Counted from the stretch's first letter, positions 49,309 to 59,928 are shown. The stretch is DNA of 64,000 nucleotides from Methanobacteriota archaeon (GCA_963769885.1 CAVYNH010000007.1:96001-160000); one strand, 5' to 3'. Notes: generated by a model from the sequence alone, not told the origin. Translations and numbers: made by a program.

Positions 49309-50079
49309 TTAAGCTTCACTTCGGTTGAACAGGTAGCTGCCCACAGCCCACAGTACGATACACATCAAGATGATTATTCCAAGATCAAAATATGGTGAAA
49401 ACAAATTGTTAGCTCCGGTCAAGGCACCTCGGGTCCCATCGACCATGTAAAATAACGGGTTGAACAAGGTAATCGTCTGCAACCATCCCGGCCAGTCGTG
49501 ACTAATGGGGAAGAACGCCGACGAGAGGAAGAACAGCGGTAAGAGAATGAGGTTCGAGATCACCTGGAACCCTTCGTAATCCTTGATGACGGAGGCGGTG
49601 ATTAACCCCATGCCAACGGCAGCAAAGGTCAACAGGACCATGATGAGAACCGTTAACGCAAGGTTCGCTAGCCCTGGGACGACGGCGCCCATAAACAGGG
49701 CTATTCCTAGGATGACGAATCCTTGGACCAACGCGAGCGTCGCCCCGCCGAATGTTCGCCCGAGAATGATCGAAAACCGGCTCACGGGCGCAACGAGGAC
49801 TTCCTGCAAGAACCCGAACTGCCGATCCCAGAGCACGGAAACACCAGTAAAGATCGAGGACATCATAATCGCCATCGCGATGATCCCCGGCGCCAGGAAA
49901 TTGAGAAAATTGGTCTCGATACTCGGGAAGACAGCACTCCCAAGCCCAAGACCGAGGATGACAAGGAGGAAGAGGGGCTGCACGATGGTGCCGATGATTC
50001 GACTTGGCGCTCGGATGAACCGCTTCATCTGCCGCAGCCACAACACGTAGATGGCTTGCAACTCCCGATAGATATTCAC
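49309..50079 (-). CDS. ABC-2 type permease (DrrB-like)
   Basis: FLAPGII, DRQFGFLQEVLVAP and NPLFYMVD. Confidence 0.9.
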   Translation of the reverse strand: MNIYRELQAIYVLWLRQMKRFIRAPSRIIGTIVQPLFLLVILGLGLGSAVFPSIETNFLNFLAPGIIAMAIMMSSIFTGVSVLWDRQFGFLQEVLVAPVSRFSIILGRTFGGATLALVQGFVILGIALFMGAVVPGLANLALTVLIMVLLTFAAVGMGLITASVIKDYEGFQVISNLILLPLFFLSSAFFPISHDWPGWLQTITLFNPLFYMVDGTRGALTGANNLFSPYFDLGIIILMCIVLWAVGSYLFNRSEA

Positions 50080-51065
50080 GGGTTCCCCCCTGCATTCTTC
50101 TGGTTGATCTTCAATTCGTCCTCAGGTTCTTGGTCTCGAATGCTCCTGCCAGTGTAATAGAGGAACACGTCATCCAACGTGGGTTTTCGAATCGTAATGG
50201 AACGAACAGCGATCTGTGCCTTACGGGCAAGCTCGATGATCTCGGGGATTTTTTCATCCCCGCGGCTGGCCCCAAAGGTCAATTTCTCGTGATCGATTTT
50301 TGGATTCTGCACCCAAGGCTCTTTCGCGAGCCGTGCTTGAAGCCCGGGGAGATCAGAGCAGGTCAGCGTGATGACATCGCCGCCCACTGAAGCCTTCAGG
50401 GCATCGACGGTATCTAAGATGAGAATTTTACCATGGTCGATGATGCCGATGCGGTCGCAGAGGAAATCCGCCTCGTCCATGTAATGGGTCGTCAGGAAGA
50501 TTGTCGTGCGTTCCTCTTTGTTCATCTTCCGGACATAGTCCCAGATCGCTCGTCGTGTTTGAGCATCCAGGCCGAGGGTCGGCTCATCAAGAAAGAGGAT
50601 GGTCGGCGAGTGCATCAACCCGCGGGCGATCTCCAACCGACGTTTCATCCCGCCAGAGTAGTTTTTCACGAGCACGTCCTTTTTTTCGATGAGATCGACG
50701 AGAGTGAGCACCTCGTGAATCCTGCGGATTCGGTTCTCTTTTTGCAGCCCGTAGATGCGGGCATGGAAATCGAGGTTCTCCTCCCCGGTCAGTTGTGTCT
50801 CAAGGGCGGGTTCTTGGAAGACGACGCCGATAATCTGTCGAACCGCGTCTCGTTGGCGGCGGACGTCGAAACCGCAGATCAGCGCCTTCCCAGATGTAGG
50901 GCGTTGGAGGGTCGTCAACATCTTTATCGTAGTGGTCTTCCCGGCGCCGTTTGGCCCTAAAAAGCCGAAGATTTCACCTTCATGGACCGAAAACGAAATA
51001 CGGTTGACGGCGGTGAATCCGTTGAAGGACTTGGTGAGGTCTGTCGTCGTGATGATGTCGGGGAT
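50076..51065 (-). CDS. ABC transporter ATP-binding protein (DrrA-like; probable ATC start)
   Basis: 48 in-frame codons upstream of the track ATG carry Walker A (GFLGPNGAGKTT). Also YSGGMKRR, LDEPT and PTLDDVF. Confidence 0.92.
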   Translation of the reverse strand: MPDIITTTDLTKSFNGFTAVNRISFSVHEGEIFGFLGPNGAGKTTTIKMLTTLQRPTSGKALICGFDVRRQRDAVRQIIGVVFQEPALETQLTGEENLDFHARIYGLQKENRIRRIHEVLTLVDLIEKKDVLVKNYSGGMKRRLEIARGLMHSPTILFLDEPTLGLDAQTRRAIWDYVRKMNKEERTTIFLTTHYMDEADFLCDRIGIIDHGKILILDTVDALKASVGGDVITLTCSDLPGLQARLAKEPWVQNPKIDHEKLTFGASRGDEKIPEIIELARKAQIAVRSITIRKPTLDDVFLYYTGRSIRDQEPEDELKINQKNAGGNP

Positions 51066-51118
51066 GGCTGGCGCCTCCGATTGTCTGGAGGGAGAGAATG
51101 TCTACCCCATTAAAAAGC

Positions 51119-51818
51119 TTATTTTCTTGAGACGATGGCGAAGTAGTTATCGGCTGAGTGGCGGGAGGCGAGTCTGACGGCGCGAATCGAGGACACCTTG
51201 AGGTCGGCTGCGGCGAGGTCGTCGGCGAACTCCCGGCGACTGTAGAGATGGTAGAACCGAGGCACGGCGAGACGATGCTGACGCCACATGATGTCGATGT
51301 CGCCGAACTCACCTTCTGGCATGATGCGGAGTCGTTCTTTGAGAAAATGTGTGCGGTAGGTGTCTTGCCAGCGTGCCCAGACGCTGATGAGGCTAACTCC
51401 TGAAGGCGTCAGTACCTCGGCGGACTTCCCTGAGGGCTTCTTGGCGGTTTTTCCGAGTCCGGATGTTGTGCAACGTTGCTATGAATGGTACAACATCCGC
51501 AATCTTGTCGCAGCAGGGGAGGCGTTCAAGGTCAGCTTGTATCAACGAGATATTATCAATGTTCTGTGTTGTGATTTTCCTCAGGACGATTCTTAGGAGG
51601 TTTCGTGAGAAATCCACGCCGATGGCTTGGTGCGCATAGGCTGCTGCTGGTAGCAGATGACGGCCGTTGCCGCATCCAAGGTCTAGTATGGTGTCTGCGG
51701 TCTTTTGGTTCCTAAGGAACTCAAGGACGATAGGCCAGGGGCGTCGGCGGGTGTGATCGAAGCTTTCCGCGATTATGTCCCAAGACGCCATCGCGTTGTC
51801 TCGCCACATCCCAGCCAC
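51119..51818 (-). CDS. Trm9/ALKBH8-like SAM methyltransferase; +1 frameshift at about 51416
   Basis: IAESFDHTRRRPWP, LDLGCGNGR and IATLHNI. Removing one base gives EVRRVLTPSGVSLISVW...RFYHLY. Confidence 0.82.
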
Positions 51819-51822
51819 CAGG

Positions 51823-53461
51823 TTAGGTGAGGAGTTCGTCGATGTTCACTTCGAAGGCGATGCAGGGGTGCTCCAGGCTGAATGCTTGGATGGTTCGTGG
51901 GTGTAGTTCGCCAAATGTTCCGATAGCCTTGTTCTGTGTTTGGATGGTGGCGCAGCGTCCGTCGATGAAGGTGGGGTCATGGCCTTCGGTAAATGAGAAG
52001 AGGTGGCCGGAGCCGCGGCCGATGGCCTCGATGTAGGCCTTGCATTCGGTGAAGTTGGCCTTGGCGTCGACTTTGATGCCGGCGAGGTGCCAGCGGTTTT
52101 TCGCGTTTCCATCCACGACGACACCGACTTCGAAAATCTGCTGCGGCAGGTGATGATGGCGGTTTTCACGTAGCAGTTTCAGCATAGAAGGGAGCAGGCT
52201 GATGCGCATGCCGTTGAATTCTTCACCGATAGGGTTTGCGATCTCCACCCATTTCTCTGGTTTTTTGCCCATTTTCTTGAATTCATCTTGGTTGTTGGAG
52301 ATACAGAACGTCGTGACTTCGTGGAATCCAAGGCCGATGAGGAGAAGTCGGAGCGAGTTGTTGGTCTGGGTTGAGGATAAGAGGCGTCCGAAGGTCATAG
52401 CTTTGGGGAAGTCCATGGTGAATTGGTCGAAGCCGTAGCCGACGGCGACGTCCTCGATGAGGTCGACTTCGTGGAGGATGTCTGATCGCCAGGGCGCGAT
52501 TTCGACGAGGAGCGAGTCCTCTCCAAGTATGATAACGTTGTGGCCCATTTTCCGGAGGCAGTCGCTGATGCCCTTGTTGGTGAAATTGGTACCGAGGAGC
52601 TGGTTTACATGGGAAATCTTCAGCTCGTGTTTGTAAGTAGAGAGGTCGGGGGAGATGATTTCTTTGCCGTCGTCCAGTACCCGTAGTCGTGTGGATTTCA
52701 CCGCCGCGTTCGGCGAGGGCGGTGGTAACGATGTTGAGGGCGATGTTGATGGCTTTACGGTCGGTGCCGGTGACGTCGATGAAGAGGTTCTTGGTCTGGG
52801 GGGTGACTTCGGTGAGGGCGCCGTTGATGATCGGGGGGAAGGAGAGGACCTCATTTTTTGAGTCGAGGATAATGGGGTACTTGGTGTATCCTTTGAGGAG
52901 GTGGGCGTAAGCTTGTCCTTTTTCGTGGCGCTGAAGGATTTCGCTGAGGGTCATGGGCTCGGTTTTGGTGAGGGGGATAAAAGTGAGGTCGTCGGGGAGG
53001 ATAGCGGTGTAGGTGAACGGGGGGGTGACAGCGTCTGCATTGTGGACGCCGATGGCGACTTTTTTGCGGTCCCGTCCGAGGCCGACGTGGAGTTTTTCTT
53101 GGAGGCTCATGAGGGATTCAATGAGGGCGTCGGACATGGTGACATGGGTGACGAGGGCGGTGGTGACGTAGGGGCGGACGGTTTTTACGGAAGGGTCGAC
53201 GGTGAGGCGGATGCGGGAGGGGTCGAGGTGGTAGGTTTGGAGCCCGGGGTTGAAGCCGAGGTAGGCGCGGCAGGCTCTGGCAATGCCTTCGACGGAGGTG
53301 AGGTCGGGGCGGTTGGGGAAGAATTCGATGTTGATTTGGTCGCCGGTGATGGTGCCAAGGTCGCCGCCGATCATAGGGAGTTTTTCGATGAGGGTGGAGA
53401 GGGGGATTTCATGGCCTAGGAGGGTGATGAAGTCTTGGTAGTCGAAGGTGATAACTGGCAT
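51823..53461 (-). CDS. pheT: phenylalanyl-tRNA synthetase beta subunit; +1 frameshift at about 52681
   Basis: MPVI, PNRPDL, QEKLH...R.RKKVAIG.H, SFPPIIN, RSDILHEVDLIEDVAVGYG and GELHP. Length is 3n+1. Confidence 0.93.
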
Positions 53462-53577
53462 AGTTGGGTGCTGGGAATGGTGTGGAGGTATATTTGAGTT
53501 TGCCGTTATACTGATATCCAAATTTCTTCTCATAAAGATTTTAAATATTGCTGGTCATTCTCTATGTGTCGTGGCGA

Positions 53578-54729
53578 ATGGCGAAGATCCTTATTCTGAA
53601 CGTGGATCGGGATGATGATTTTGGGCGGAAGGCTCAGGTGCAGAGCCCGATTATTGGATTGCAGAGTAATCTGGATGCGGCGATGCGGCTGGGACGCAGT
53701 GACCCTGAGGATTCCGATTTGAACGCGGTGTTTTTTGCGATTCAGGTGTTTGACTCGATGAAGGCGGAGGGGGCGGACGTCGAGGTCGTGACGTTGTGTG
53801 GGGATATCAATATCGGGGTGAAGTCTGATCAGCGGCTGGCGGAGCAGCTGGACCGGGTGATTGCGGAGACGCATGCGGAGGAGGCGGTGTTGGTCAGCGA
53901 TGGGGCGGAGGATGAGTACATCCTGCCATTGATCCAGTCACGGTTGAAGATCACAGCGGTGCAGCGGGTCAGCGTCAAACAGAGTCGGCAGATCGAGGAT
54001 ACCTATTATCGGATCGTGAAGCTGCTGGATGAGGACAAGGTCAAGAAGCAGTTTTTCCTACCGATCGCGTTGATTTTAATGGTCTGGGCGGTGTTCGCGA
54101 TCTTTGGGATGGCGGCCAGTGGGTTCGGCGCGATCTTGTTTACGCTTGGGATTTATCTCTTGATCCGGACGTTTAATTCGGAGAAGAAGCTGGCGGCGCT
54201 GTGGCATGAGTTCCGCCAGGGGCTGTTGATTGGGCGGCCGTCGTTTTATACGACGATCCTGGCGATTGTGATTATCGTCGTGACCGTGTTTTATGCGTAT
54301 AACAAGACGCCGTTCAACATGGAGATTAATTTGATCATCCCGGTGTTGGCGTTTTTGAATTCGATTACGTGGGGGCTGGTGGCTGCGGGGCTGCTGTTTG
54401 CGTTCGGGCGGGTGACGGACTTGTTCATCCGGGAGAAGAAGATCCTGTGGACGTATTGGATCGTGCCGTTTTCGCTGTTCTCGTATGGGTTTGTGGCCTC
54501 GGCGGTGTTCGGGACGTTGGAGAGTTCGATTCGTGATTATTTCAACAGCAACGAGTTCTCGATCGAGCCGTTCCTGGGCGTGACGTTCGTGGGGTATGTC
54601 GCGGCGGGCGTGATCATCGCGTTCATCGGGGCGATCAGCTACCATTACATCAAGGAGCAGCACGCGATCGACGAGTTCGAGCTGGACATCGACGAGCAGA
54701 TGTCGAAGGCGTCGAATCAGGCCAAGTAG
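53578..54729 (+). CDS. DUF373 family membrane protein
   Basis: LNVDRDDD.GRK, DPEDSDLN, VSDGAEDE, VKQS, and multi-TM C-terminus. Confidence 0.88.
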   Translation: MAKILILNVDRDDDFGRKAQVQSPIIGLQSNLDAAMRLGRSDPEDSDLNAVFFAIQVFDSMKAEGADVEVVTLCGDINIGVKSDQRLAEQLDRVIAETHAEEAVLVSDGAEDEYILPLIQSRLKITAVQRVSVKQSRQIEDTYYRIVKLLDEDKVKKQFFLPIALILMVWAVFAIFGMAASGFGAILFTLGIYLLIRTFNSEKKLAALWHEFRQGLLIGRPSFYTTILAIVIIVVTVFYAYNKTPFNMEINLIIPVLAFLNSITWGLVAAGLLFAFGRVTDLFIREKKILWTYWIVPFSLFSYGFVASAVFGTLESSIRDYFNSNEFSIEPFLGVTFVGYVAAGVIIAFIGAISYHYIKEQHAIDEFELDIDEQMSKASNQAK

Positions 54730-54772
54730 CTGACCTACAGCTTTTTAACCCCGGAGGCATTCCCAGCGGGTG

Positions 54773-56167
54773 ATGTCACCACTGGACGGCGTTATTATTT
54801 TCCTGGTGTTGATCGTCATCTACACGGTTGCCGTCTACGTCCTCTATAAGAGAGGAATTCTGAAGAAGTACAATATTTCGTTGTATGGGCCTGCGTTAAT
54901 GTGGCGGACCCAACGAGGCGTCTCGTTCCTGGAGCGGCGCGCACGGCGGAAGCAGCTCTGGACCGGCTTAGGTAACCTCAGCGTCGTGTATTGTTTCATC
55001 GCGATGGTGCTTATGACGGCGTTGATGATCCTGACGGCCTGGTTGATTTTCGGGTTCACGCCGGCACAGCGTCAGGCGCTCCCCGGCCCCGAGGTCGCCT
55101 TAGTCATCCCCGGAATCAACCCGATCCTCCCCCTTGAGTACATCGGGTATATCCTCGTTGCCATCATCATCGCGATCGTCGTCCACGAGTTCTCCCATGG
55201 TATTTTGACGTTGGTCAGCAAGCTGAAGGTGAAGTCCCTGGGAATCCTGTATCTCATCGTCCCCATTGGGGCATTCTGCGAGCCGGACGAGGAGGTGCTG
55301 AAGAAGGCGCCCGTCTCTCACCGGATGCGGATCTATTCAGTGGGTCCCGCCTCGAATTTTGCCATCACCATTCTCACGCTCCTTCTGTTCTCGTTTGTCT
55401 TGATATCCGCGGTGCAGCCTGCCCATTCCGGCGCGGTCGTCTTCGCGGTCGACTCAGGTTCCCCGGCGCAGGCTCTTGGGCTGCAGCCTGGGTTCATCAT
55501 CACAAGCTTGAATGGGACTGCGGTCACCAACGCGAGCGACTACTTCCATGCCTGGAACAAGACACAGGCGAACCAGTCGGTCACGATCACCTACCTGGTA
55601 CAAGGACATGCGTATTCGCGGAACATGACGCTCACCGACAAATATGCGGAATATGCGAAACGCGATACAATATACACAAACAATGCTTCGTACAAGGGGA
55701 AGGGGTATACCGGGGTCCGGTCGATCATCAGGGACGAGTTCTTCAAGGAATATGTGACGATTTTGAAGAACCCGTTTGCTGACTTCCCGCGGGGGATGCT
55801 GACGTTCTACAGCATCCCGATCATCGGGTATTTCGAAGGCTACAATGCGCTCGTCTCGCCCTACACCAACTCCTTTGTCATCACCGGTCCCCTCGGGGCT
55901 TTGCCTCCCTCGGCATTCTGGATCCTGGTGAACGGCATCTATTGGATCTTCTGGCTGAACCTGGCCTTCACCATGTTCAATGTCCTGCCTATGGTGCCGC
56001 TCGATGGGGGCTTCATTTTCACAGACGGTGTCCGCGGGGCGATCCAGCGACTCCGTAAGGGAATCAGTGAGGAGAAGAAAGAAGCTATCGCCAAGAACGC
56101 AAGCCTCGCCGTCTCCTTACTCATCCTCTCTTTGCTGATCCTACCGTTCTTCGTGAAGTACCTGTAA
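54773..56167 (+). CDS. site-2 protease (M50) with PDZ domain
   Basis: HEFSHG, GAFCEPD, PDZ (SPAQALGL.PG) and FNVLPMVPLDGG. Confidence 0.92.
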   Translation: MSPLDGVIIFLVLIVIYTVAVYVLYKRGILKKYNISLYGPALMWRTQRGVSFLERRARRKQLWTGLGNLSVVYCFIAMVLMTALMILTAWLIFGFTPAQRQALPGPEVALVIPGINPILPLEYIGYILVAIIIAIVVHEFSHGILTLVSKLKVKSLGILYLIVPIGAFCEPDEEVLKKAPVSHRMRIYSVGPASNFAITILTLLLFSFVLISAVQPAHSGAVVFAVDSGSPAQALGLQPGFIITSLNGTAVTNASDYFHAWNKTQANQSVTITYLVQGHAYSRNMTLTDKYAEYAKRDTIYTNNASYKGKGYTGVRSIIRDEFFKEYVTILKNPFADFPRGMLTFYSIPIIGYFEGYNALVSPYTNSFVITGPLGALPPSAFWILVNGIYWIFWLNLAFTMFNVLPMVPLDGGFIFTDGVRGAIQRLRKGISEEKKEAIAKNASLAVSLLILSLLILPFFVKYL

Positions 56168-56207
56168 CGAAAGGAGAAGAGAAAAAAACGGCGGCCGAAA
56201 TCCTGTT

Positions 56208-56726
56208 TTAATGGATGAGCTCTTGGCCTTTGTCAAGATGGATGGTGCAGGGTGTCGACAGCTTCATGCCTGCTTTTCTGAGCGCCTCTTTCGCCGGCGT
56301 ATAGAACTGTTCCGAGGTCTCCACTGTGATGAGCGTCTGGTCGACGTCCACACGGGCGGCGGTCCCCACGGGCTTGCCGTACGACCGGCGCATCCCTTGA
56401 GAAACACGGTCCGCGCCCGCCCCGGTCGCCTGCTTGTTCTCGCGAATCACATTGTGGGGATAAACGCGGATGAGCATACGATAATTCGTTGGGCCAATGT
56501 TCTTCTCCAGCACCTTGTTCGCGGAGATACGGGCGGCCTCAAGCGAGTTATGCCGCAGCTGGCACTTCTCGTTCGCGGTCAGCGACAACTGGATGGAGAA
56601 CTCCGCTGTCTTGTTGCCCATAACGAACTGGGTAATCCGTGAGGCAGGGACGCCCCCCATGTACTCACGACGGGTCGTCGCCATGCTTTTAATGTATCGA
56701 TACATCTTCGCTGGTTTGCGCGCCAT
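56208..56726 (-). CDS. rpl10e: 50S ribosomal protein L10e (uL16)
   Basis: MARKPAKMYR, LEAARI and RENKQATGAGADRVSQGMR. Confidence 0.96.
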   Translation of the reverse strand: MARKPAKMYRYIKSMATTRREYMGGVPASRITQFVMGNKTAEFSIQLSLTANEKCQLRHNSLEAARISANKVLEKNIGPTNYRMLIRVYPHNVIRENKQATGAGADRVSQGMRRSYGKPVGTAARVDVDQTLITVETSEQFYTPAKEALRKAGMKLSTPCTIHLDKGQELIH

Positions 56727-57025
56727 AGACAGTCACCATAAGGGATGATGGTCTTCTAGGCTCATCGAAATAAACAACCCATTAATAAAAGTTCCCCTGA
56801 ATCATCCCCTGCTCACTCCTCATCAATCCATGCTTCAGCCAGCCTTCTTTTCCAAGACGATTGAAACGCAGAGAATTGATTTCATTCATGAAATTTCTAT
56901 TCATCAAAAATTCCTTTTTTTTCTCCTGACTAGGCATTCATGAGACATCCATATTTTTTGACACCATAACCTTTAAAACATAGCGGACCTTGCCATATAC
57001 GAATCCAGAAGAAGGTTGAAACAGA

Positions 57026-57595
57026 ATGGCTGATAAACTCGTAATGCCCGGCGATCAGCTCTCGACCGTGGAGGAGCTCCTCCCCGGCGACGGGACCTTT
57101 GAGGAAAACGGGGTCATCAGAGCAGCACGCCTCGGCTTTTATATCATTGACCAAAAACACCGCAGCGCCCAAGTCAAACCCATCACCAGCGTCCCTGTCG
57201 TCGTCAACAAGGGAGACACGGTACTTGCCCGCGTCACCATGGCGAAGCCCTCTATGATCATCACTGACGTCATCCATGTCATCGGCAAAGACCGCTCCGT
57301 CAGCGGCGAGACCGACTCGACCATCCACGTCAAAGAGATCGCCCAAGGCTACATCAAGGACGCAACAACGGAGTACAAAGTCGAGGACGTCGTCCGGGCC
57401 AAGGTCATCCAGACCACCCCAAGCGTGCAGCTCACCACCAGGGACCGCCATCTCGGCTCGATCATGGCGCTCTGCAGCAAATGCCGCCATCCGCTCGTGA
57501 AGAAAGGCAACCAACTTGAGTGCGAGAACTGCGGCAACCGGGAGCACCGCCGGATCGCCGAGGACTACGGTCAAATTGACGTTACTAAGCTATAG
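57026..57595 (+). CDS. csl4: exosome RNA-binding protein Csl4
   Basis: VMPGD.L...EE, S1 domain and CSKC...CENCG zinc ribbon. Confidence 0.92.
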   Translation: MADKLVMPGDQLSTVEELLPGDGTFEENGVIRAARLGFYIIDQKHRSAQVKPITSVPVVVNKGDTVLARVTMAKPSMIITDVIHVIGKDRSVSGETDSTIHVKEIAQGYIKDATTEYKVEDVVRAKVIQTTPSVQLTTRDRHLGSIMALCSKCRHPLVKKGNQLECENCGNREHRRIAEDYGQIDVTKL

Positions 57596-57610
57596 AGGAG
57601 GATTCTTCCC

Positions 57611-57874
57611 ATGGAGTTAAAGCCCCTTCGGAAAACAAAGACGGAACTCGAGCTTCAGATCTCAGGGGAGGACGAGACAATCCTTCATCCTCTTACCCAC
57701 GTCCTGCTCCAGAATAGCGACGTCGAGTACGCCGCGATTACCGCAGAGAACCCGCTGGCTCCCATCAAAACTCTGATTATCCGAGTGAAGAAGGGGTCGT
57801 CGGAAGACCACCTGAAAAAAGCAGTCAAGCAGCTGGAAGACGAGATTAAGACCTTTGGCAAGCAAATCCAGTAG
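57611..57874 (+). CDS. rpoL: RNA polymerase subunit L (Rpo11)
   Basis: GEDETILHPL..VL...DVEYAA, with conserved csl4-rpoL order. Confidence 0.85.
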   Translation: MELKPLRKTKTELELQISGEDETILHPLTHVLLQNSDVEYAAITAENPLAPIKTLIIRVKKGSSEDHLKKAVKQLEDEIKTFGKQIQ

Positions 57875-59186
57875 CACGACTCCTGTACCCTCGCCTAAGT
57901 TTGAGCGCGATATCGGGATCGAGGTTTTTTTCACCCCTCAGCCTGGCATCGGCGGTCATCTCCGCCAAATCCCTGAAGATTTTCATGTCTCTGAGGTGTA
58001 CCAGCTGCCGCCCTCGTCTGACCACGGCCGGTACATGATAGCAGAGGTGACCAGTACAAATTGGGAGACGCACACCCTGGTGCAAGCCCTGGCTGAGCAT
58101 CTCGGGGTCCATCCGCGACGCATCGCGTTCGCTGGGACCAAGGACCGACGTGCGGTCAGCGTGCAGCTGATGTCTTTCGACGGCGTCGATGGGCAAGGCC
58201 TCTCGTCTTTGCGGCTGAAAGATGTCACAGTTAAACCCCTGTTTCAGAGTACGGCGCCGCTTCATCTCGGGCAGCTCATCGGGAACCGTTTTTCGATTAC
58301 ACTCCGTAACTGTGACAGCGCCGAAGGGATCCACGGTCTTTTCTCACCGTTGGAAGCCCTCGGTGGTTTCCCGAATCTTTTCGGAATTCAGCGGTTCGGC
58401 GCAGTCCGGTCGATTACCCATCTTGTCGGCAAGCACCTGACCCGGGGGGAGTTTGAAGCCGCGGTCATGACCTACATCGCGCATCCGATACAGGGTGAAA
58501 ACGAGCAGACGTTCAAACTTCGTCAAGACCTTGAACAAACCCGTGATTTTGCTGCGGCGTACCAGCACTATCCAAAATCCTTGAATTTCGAACGACTTAT
58601 CCTCGAACGGCTCTCGAAGAATCCGACGGATTTCATCGACGCGATTCAAGCACTGCCAAAGAACCTGATGTTGATGTTCGTGAGCGCCTACCAATCCTAT
58701 TTGTTCAATAGGATCCTCAGCGAGCGTATCCGCCGCAAGCTGCCGCTCAATCAAGCGATTCCAGGCGACCTCGTCGCTGTCATCAAAGACGGCCGATTAA
58801 CCGATGAAATAGTCCCTGTTTCTGCCGCAAACTGCATGAAGGTGAACCAGCAGATTCAGCGGAAAAAAGCGGCTGTCACCGGAGTACTGCTGGGCAGCGA
58901 CTCGATTCATGGTTCTGGTGAAATGGGTGAAATTGAGTCTAGGATCTTCGAACAGGAGAAGGTCGAAGCCCGGGCGTTCATCGTCCCTGAAATCCCATTT
59001 CTTTCTTCATCAGGGTCCCGACGGATGCTGCTTGCGCCTCTGAAAGACCTTGTGTGGTCGGCGGCAGGAGACGACCTGAACCCAGGCAAGGCAGCGGTCC
59101 ATGTGACCTTTGAACTCACGAAAGGCTGCTATGCGACCTCGTTCCTCCGTGAGCTGATGAAAGCTCCCTCCGCAAAGGATTATTGA
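57855..59186 (+). CDS. truD: tRNA pseudouridine(13) synthase TruD
   Basis: PEDFHVSE, AGTKDRRAVSVQ, GNRF.I, PN.FG.QRFG, AYQSYLFN and GCYATSFLREL. Confidence 0.94.
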   Translation: MASKSSSTTPVPSPKFERDIGIEVFFTPQPGIGGHLRQIPEDFHVSEVYQLPPSSDHGRYMIAEVTSTNWETHTLVQALAEHLGVHPRRIAFAGTKDRRAVSVQLMSFDGVDGQGLSSLRLKDVTVKPLFQSTAPLHLGQLIGNRFSITLRNCDSAEGIHGLFSPLEALGGFPNLFGIQRFGAVRSITHLVGKHLTRGEFEAAVMTYIAHPIQGENEQTFKLRQDLEQTRDFAAAYQHYPKSLNFERLILERLSKNPTDFIDAIQALPKNLMLMFVSAYQSYLFNRILSERIRRKLPLNQAIPGDLVAVIKDGRLTDEIVPVSAANCMKVNQQIQRKKAAVTGVLLGSDSIHGSGEMGEIESRIFEQEKVEARAFIVPEIPFLSSSGSRRMLLAPLKDLVWSAAGDDLNPGKAAVHVTFELTKGCYATSFLRELMKAPSAKDY

Positions 59187-59716
59187 ATATACCCATGGTA
59201 GCTGAGGTAGTTATAGATTTGGAGCATGTCAAAGACGTTTCCGGTTGCGTAGCATATCCAGGTCTTCCCCTGGTATTCGCCGACGAGGAGCACCACCCCT
59301 GAAATCCCATGAGTAAACGTCCAATAATACATGGTCTGGTCCCATTGGGAATAGGAGCCGGAGTAGTGTGCCTGCTGGTTGTAGCCCGCCTGACCTAACA
59401 GCGTCCGATATTGGGTTTTTACCGTTGGGATAGAGTCGTTTGAATAGAATACTTCTAACGTAATCTTGTCGATGCCGGGGATCTGTCTCGTCTGATTCAA
59501 CAGAAAGAAGAACAGGTTCGGGAGACTCTGGTTGCTTGTGTTCTGCTCTTGGATGTATTCTTGGACCGTAGGCCAATCCATTGGGATCAGTCCTTTGCCG
59601 GTAACCACCCGTTTTTCGGTCAGTAAATACCCGGTCTGCCACAGCATGCCTAGAATGATGCACACTACAACAACGATGGTCATGCCGATAATCAAGAGCG
59701 TCTTCCTAGTAAGCAT
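59180..59716 (-). CDS. hypothetical membrane-anchored protein
   Basis: N-terminal TM helix, 178 aa. Confidence 0.65.
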   Translation of the reverse strand: MLTRKTLLIIGMTIVVVVCIILGMLWQTGYLLTEKRVVTGKGLIPMDWPTVQEYIQEQNTSNQSLPNLFFFLLNQTRQIPGIDKITLEVFYSNDSIPTVKTQYRTLLGQAGYNQQAHYSGSYSQWDQTMYYWTFTHGISGVVLLVGEYQGKTWICYATGNVFDMLQIYNYLSYHGYIQ

Positions 59717-59928
59717 GGGAAATCCAGCACTCAGAGGTCCACCGATGCTTTATATTTTTCTCCAGTGGCACGAATCCTTGCAACCTAGAAGTTCTTTGTG
59801 TGAACCAACGTCGTAACCCCGCCGTGACCAGGCAGACATCACCCAAGATTTACTAGATAAGGGAAATGTTTTAACGGAGGTCTTCGATTACCCTGCCATC
59901 CCACCCCGTAGTTTTCAAGGAGAAACGA

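Noticed and set aside
21774-53461. Genuine pseudogenes or programmed frameshifting in taw3, C25, the MTase and pheT
   Set aside because: pheT is essential, there is no other decay or slippery run, and the shared palindromic DNA motif is better explained by base-calling error. Not formally excluded.
56760-57020. Replication origin in AT-rich intergenic gaps (also 44500-45060)
   Set aside because: No convincing ORB repeats and no adjacent cdc6/orc1.
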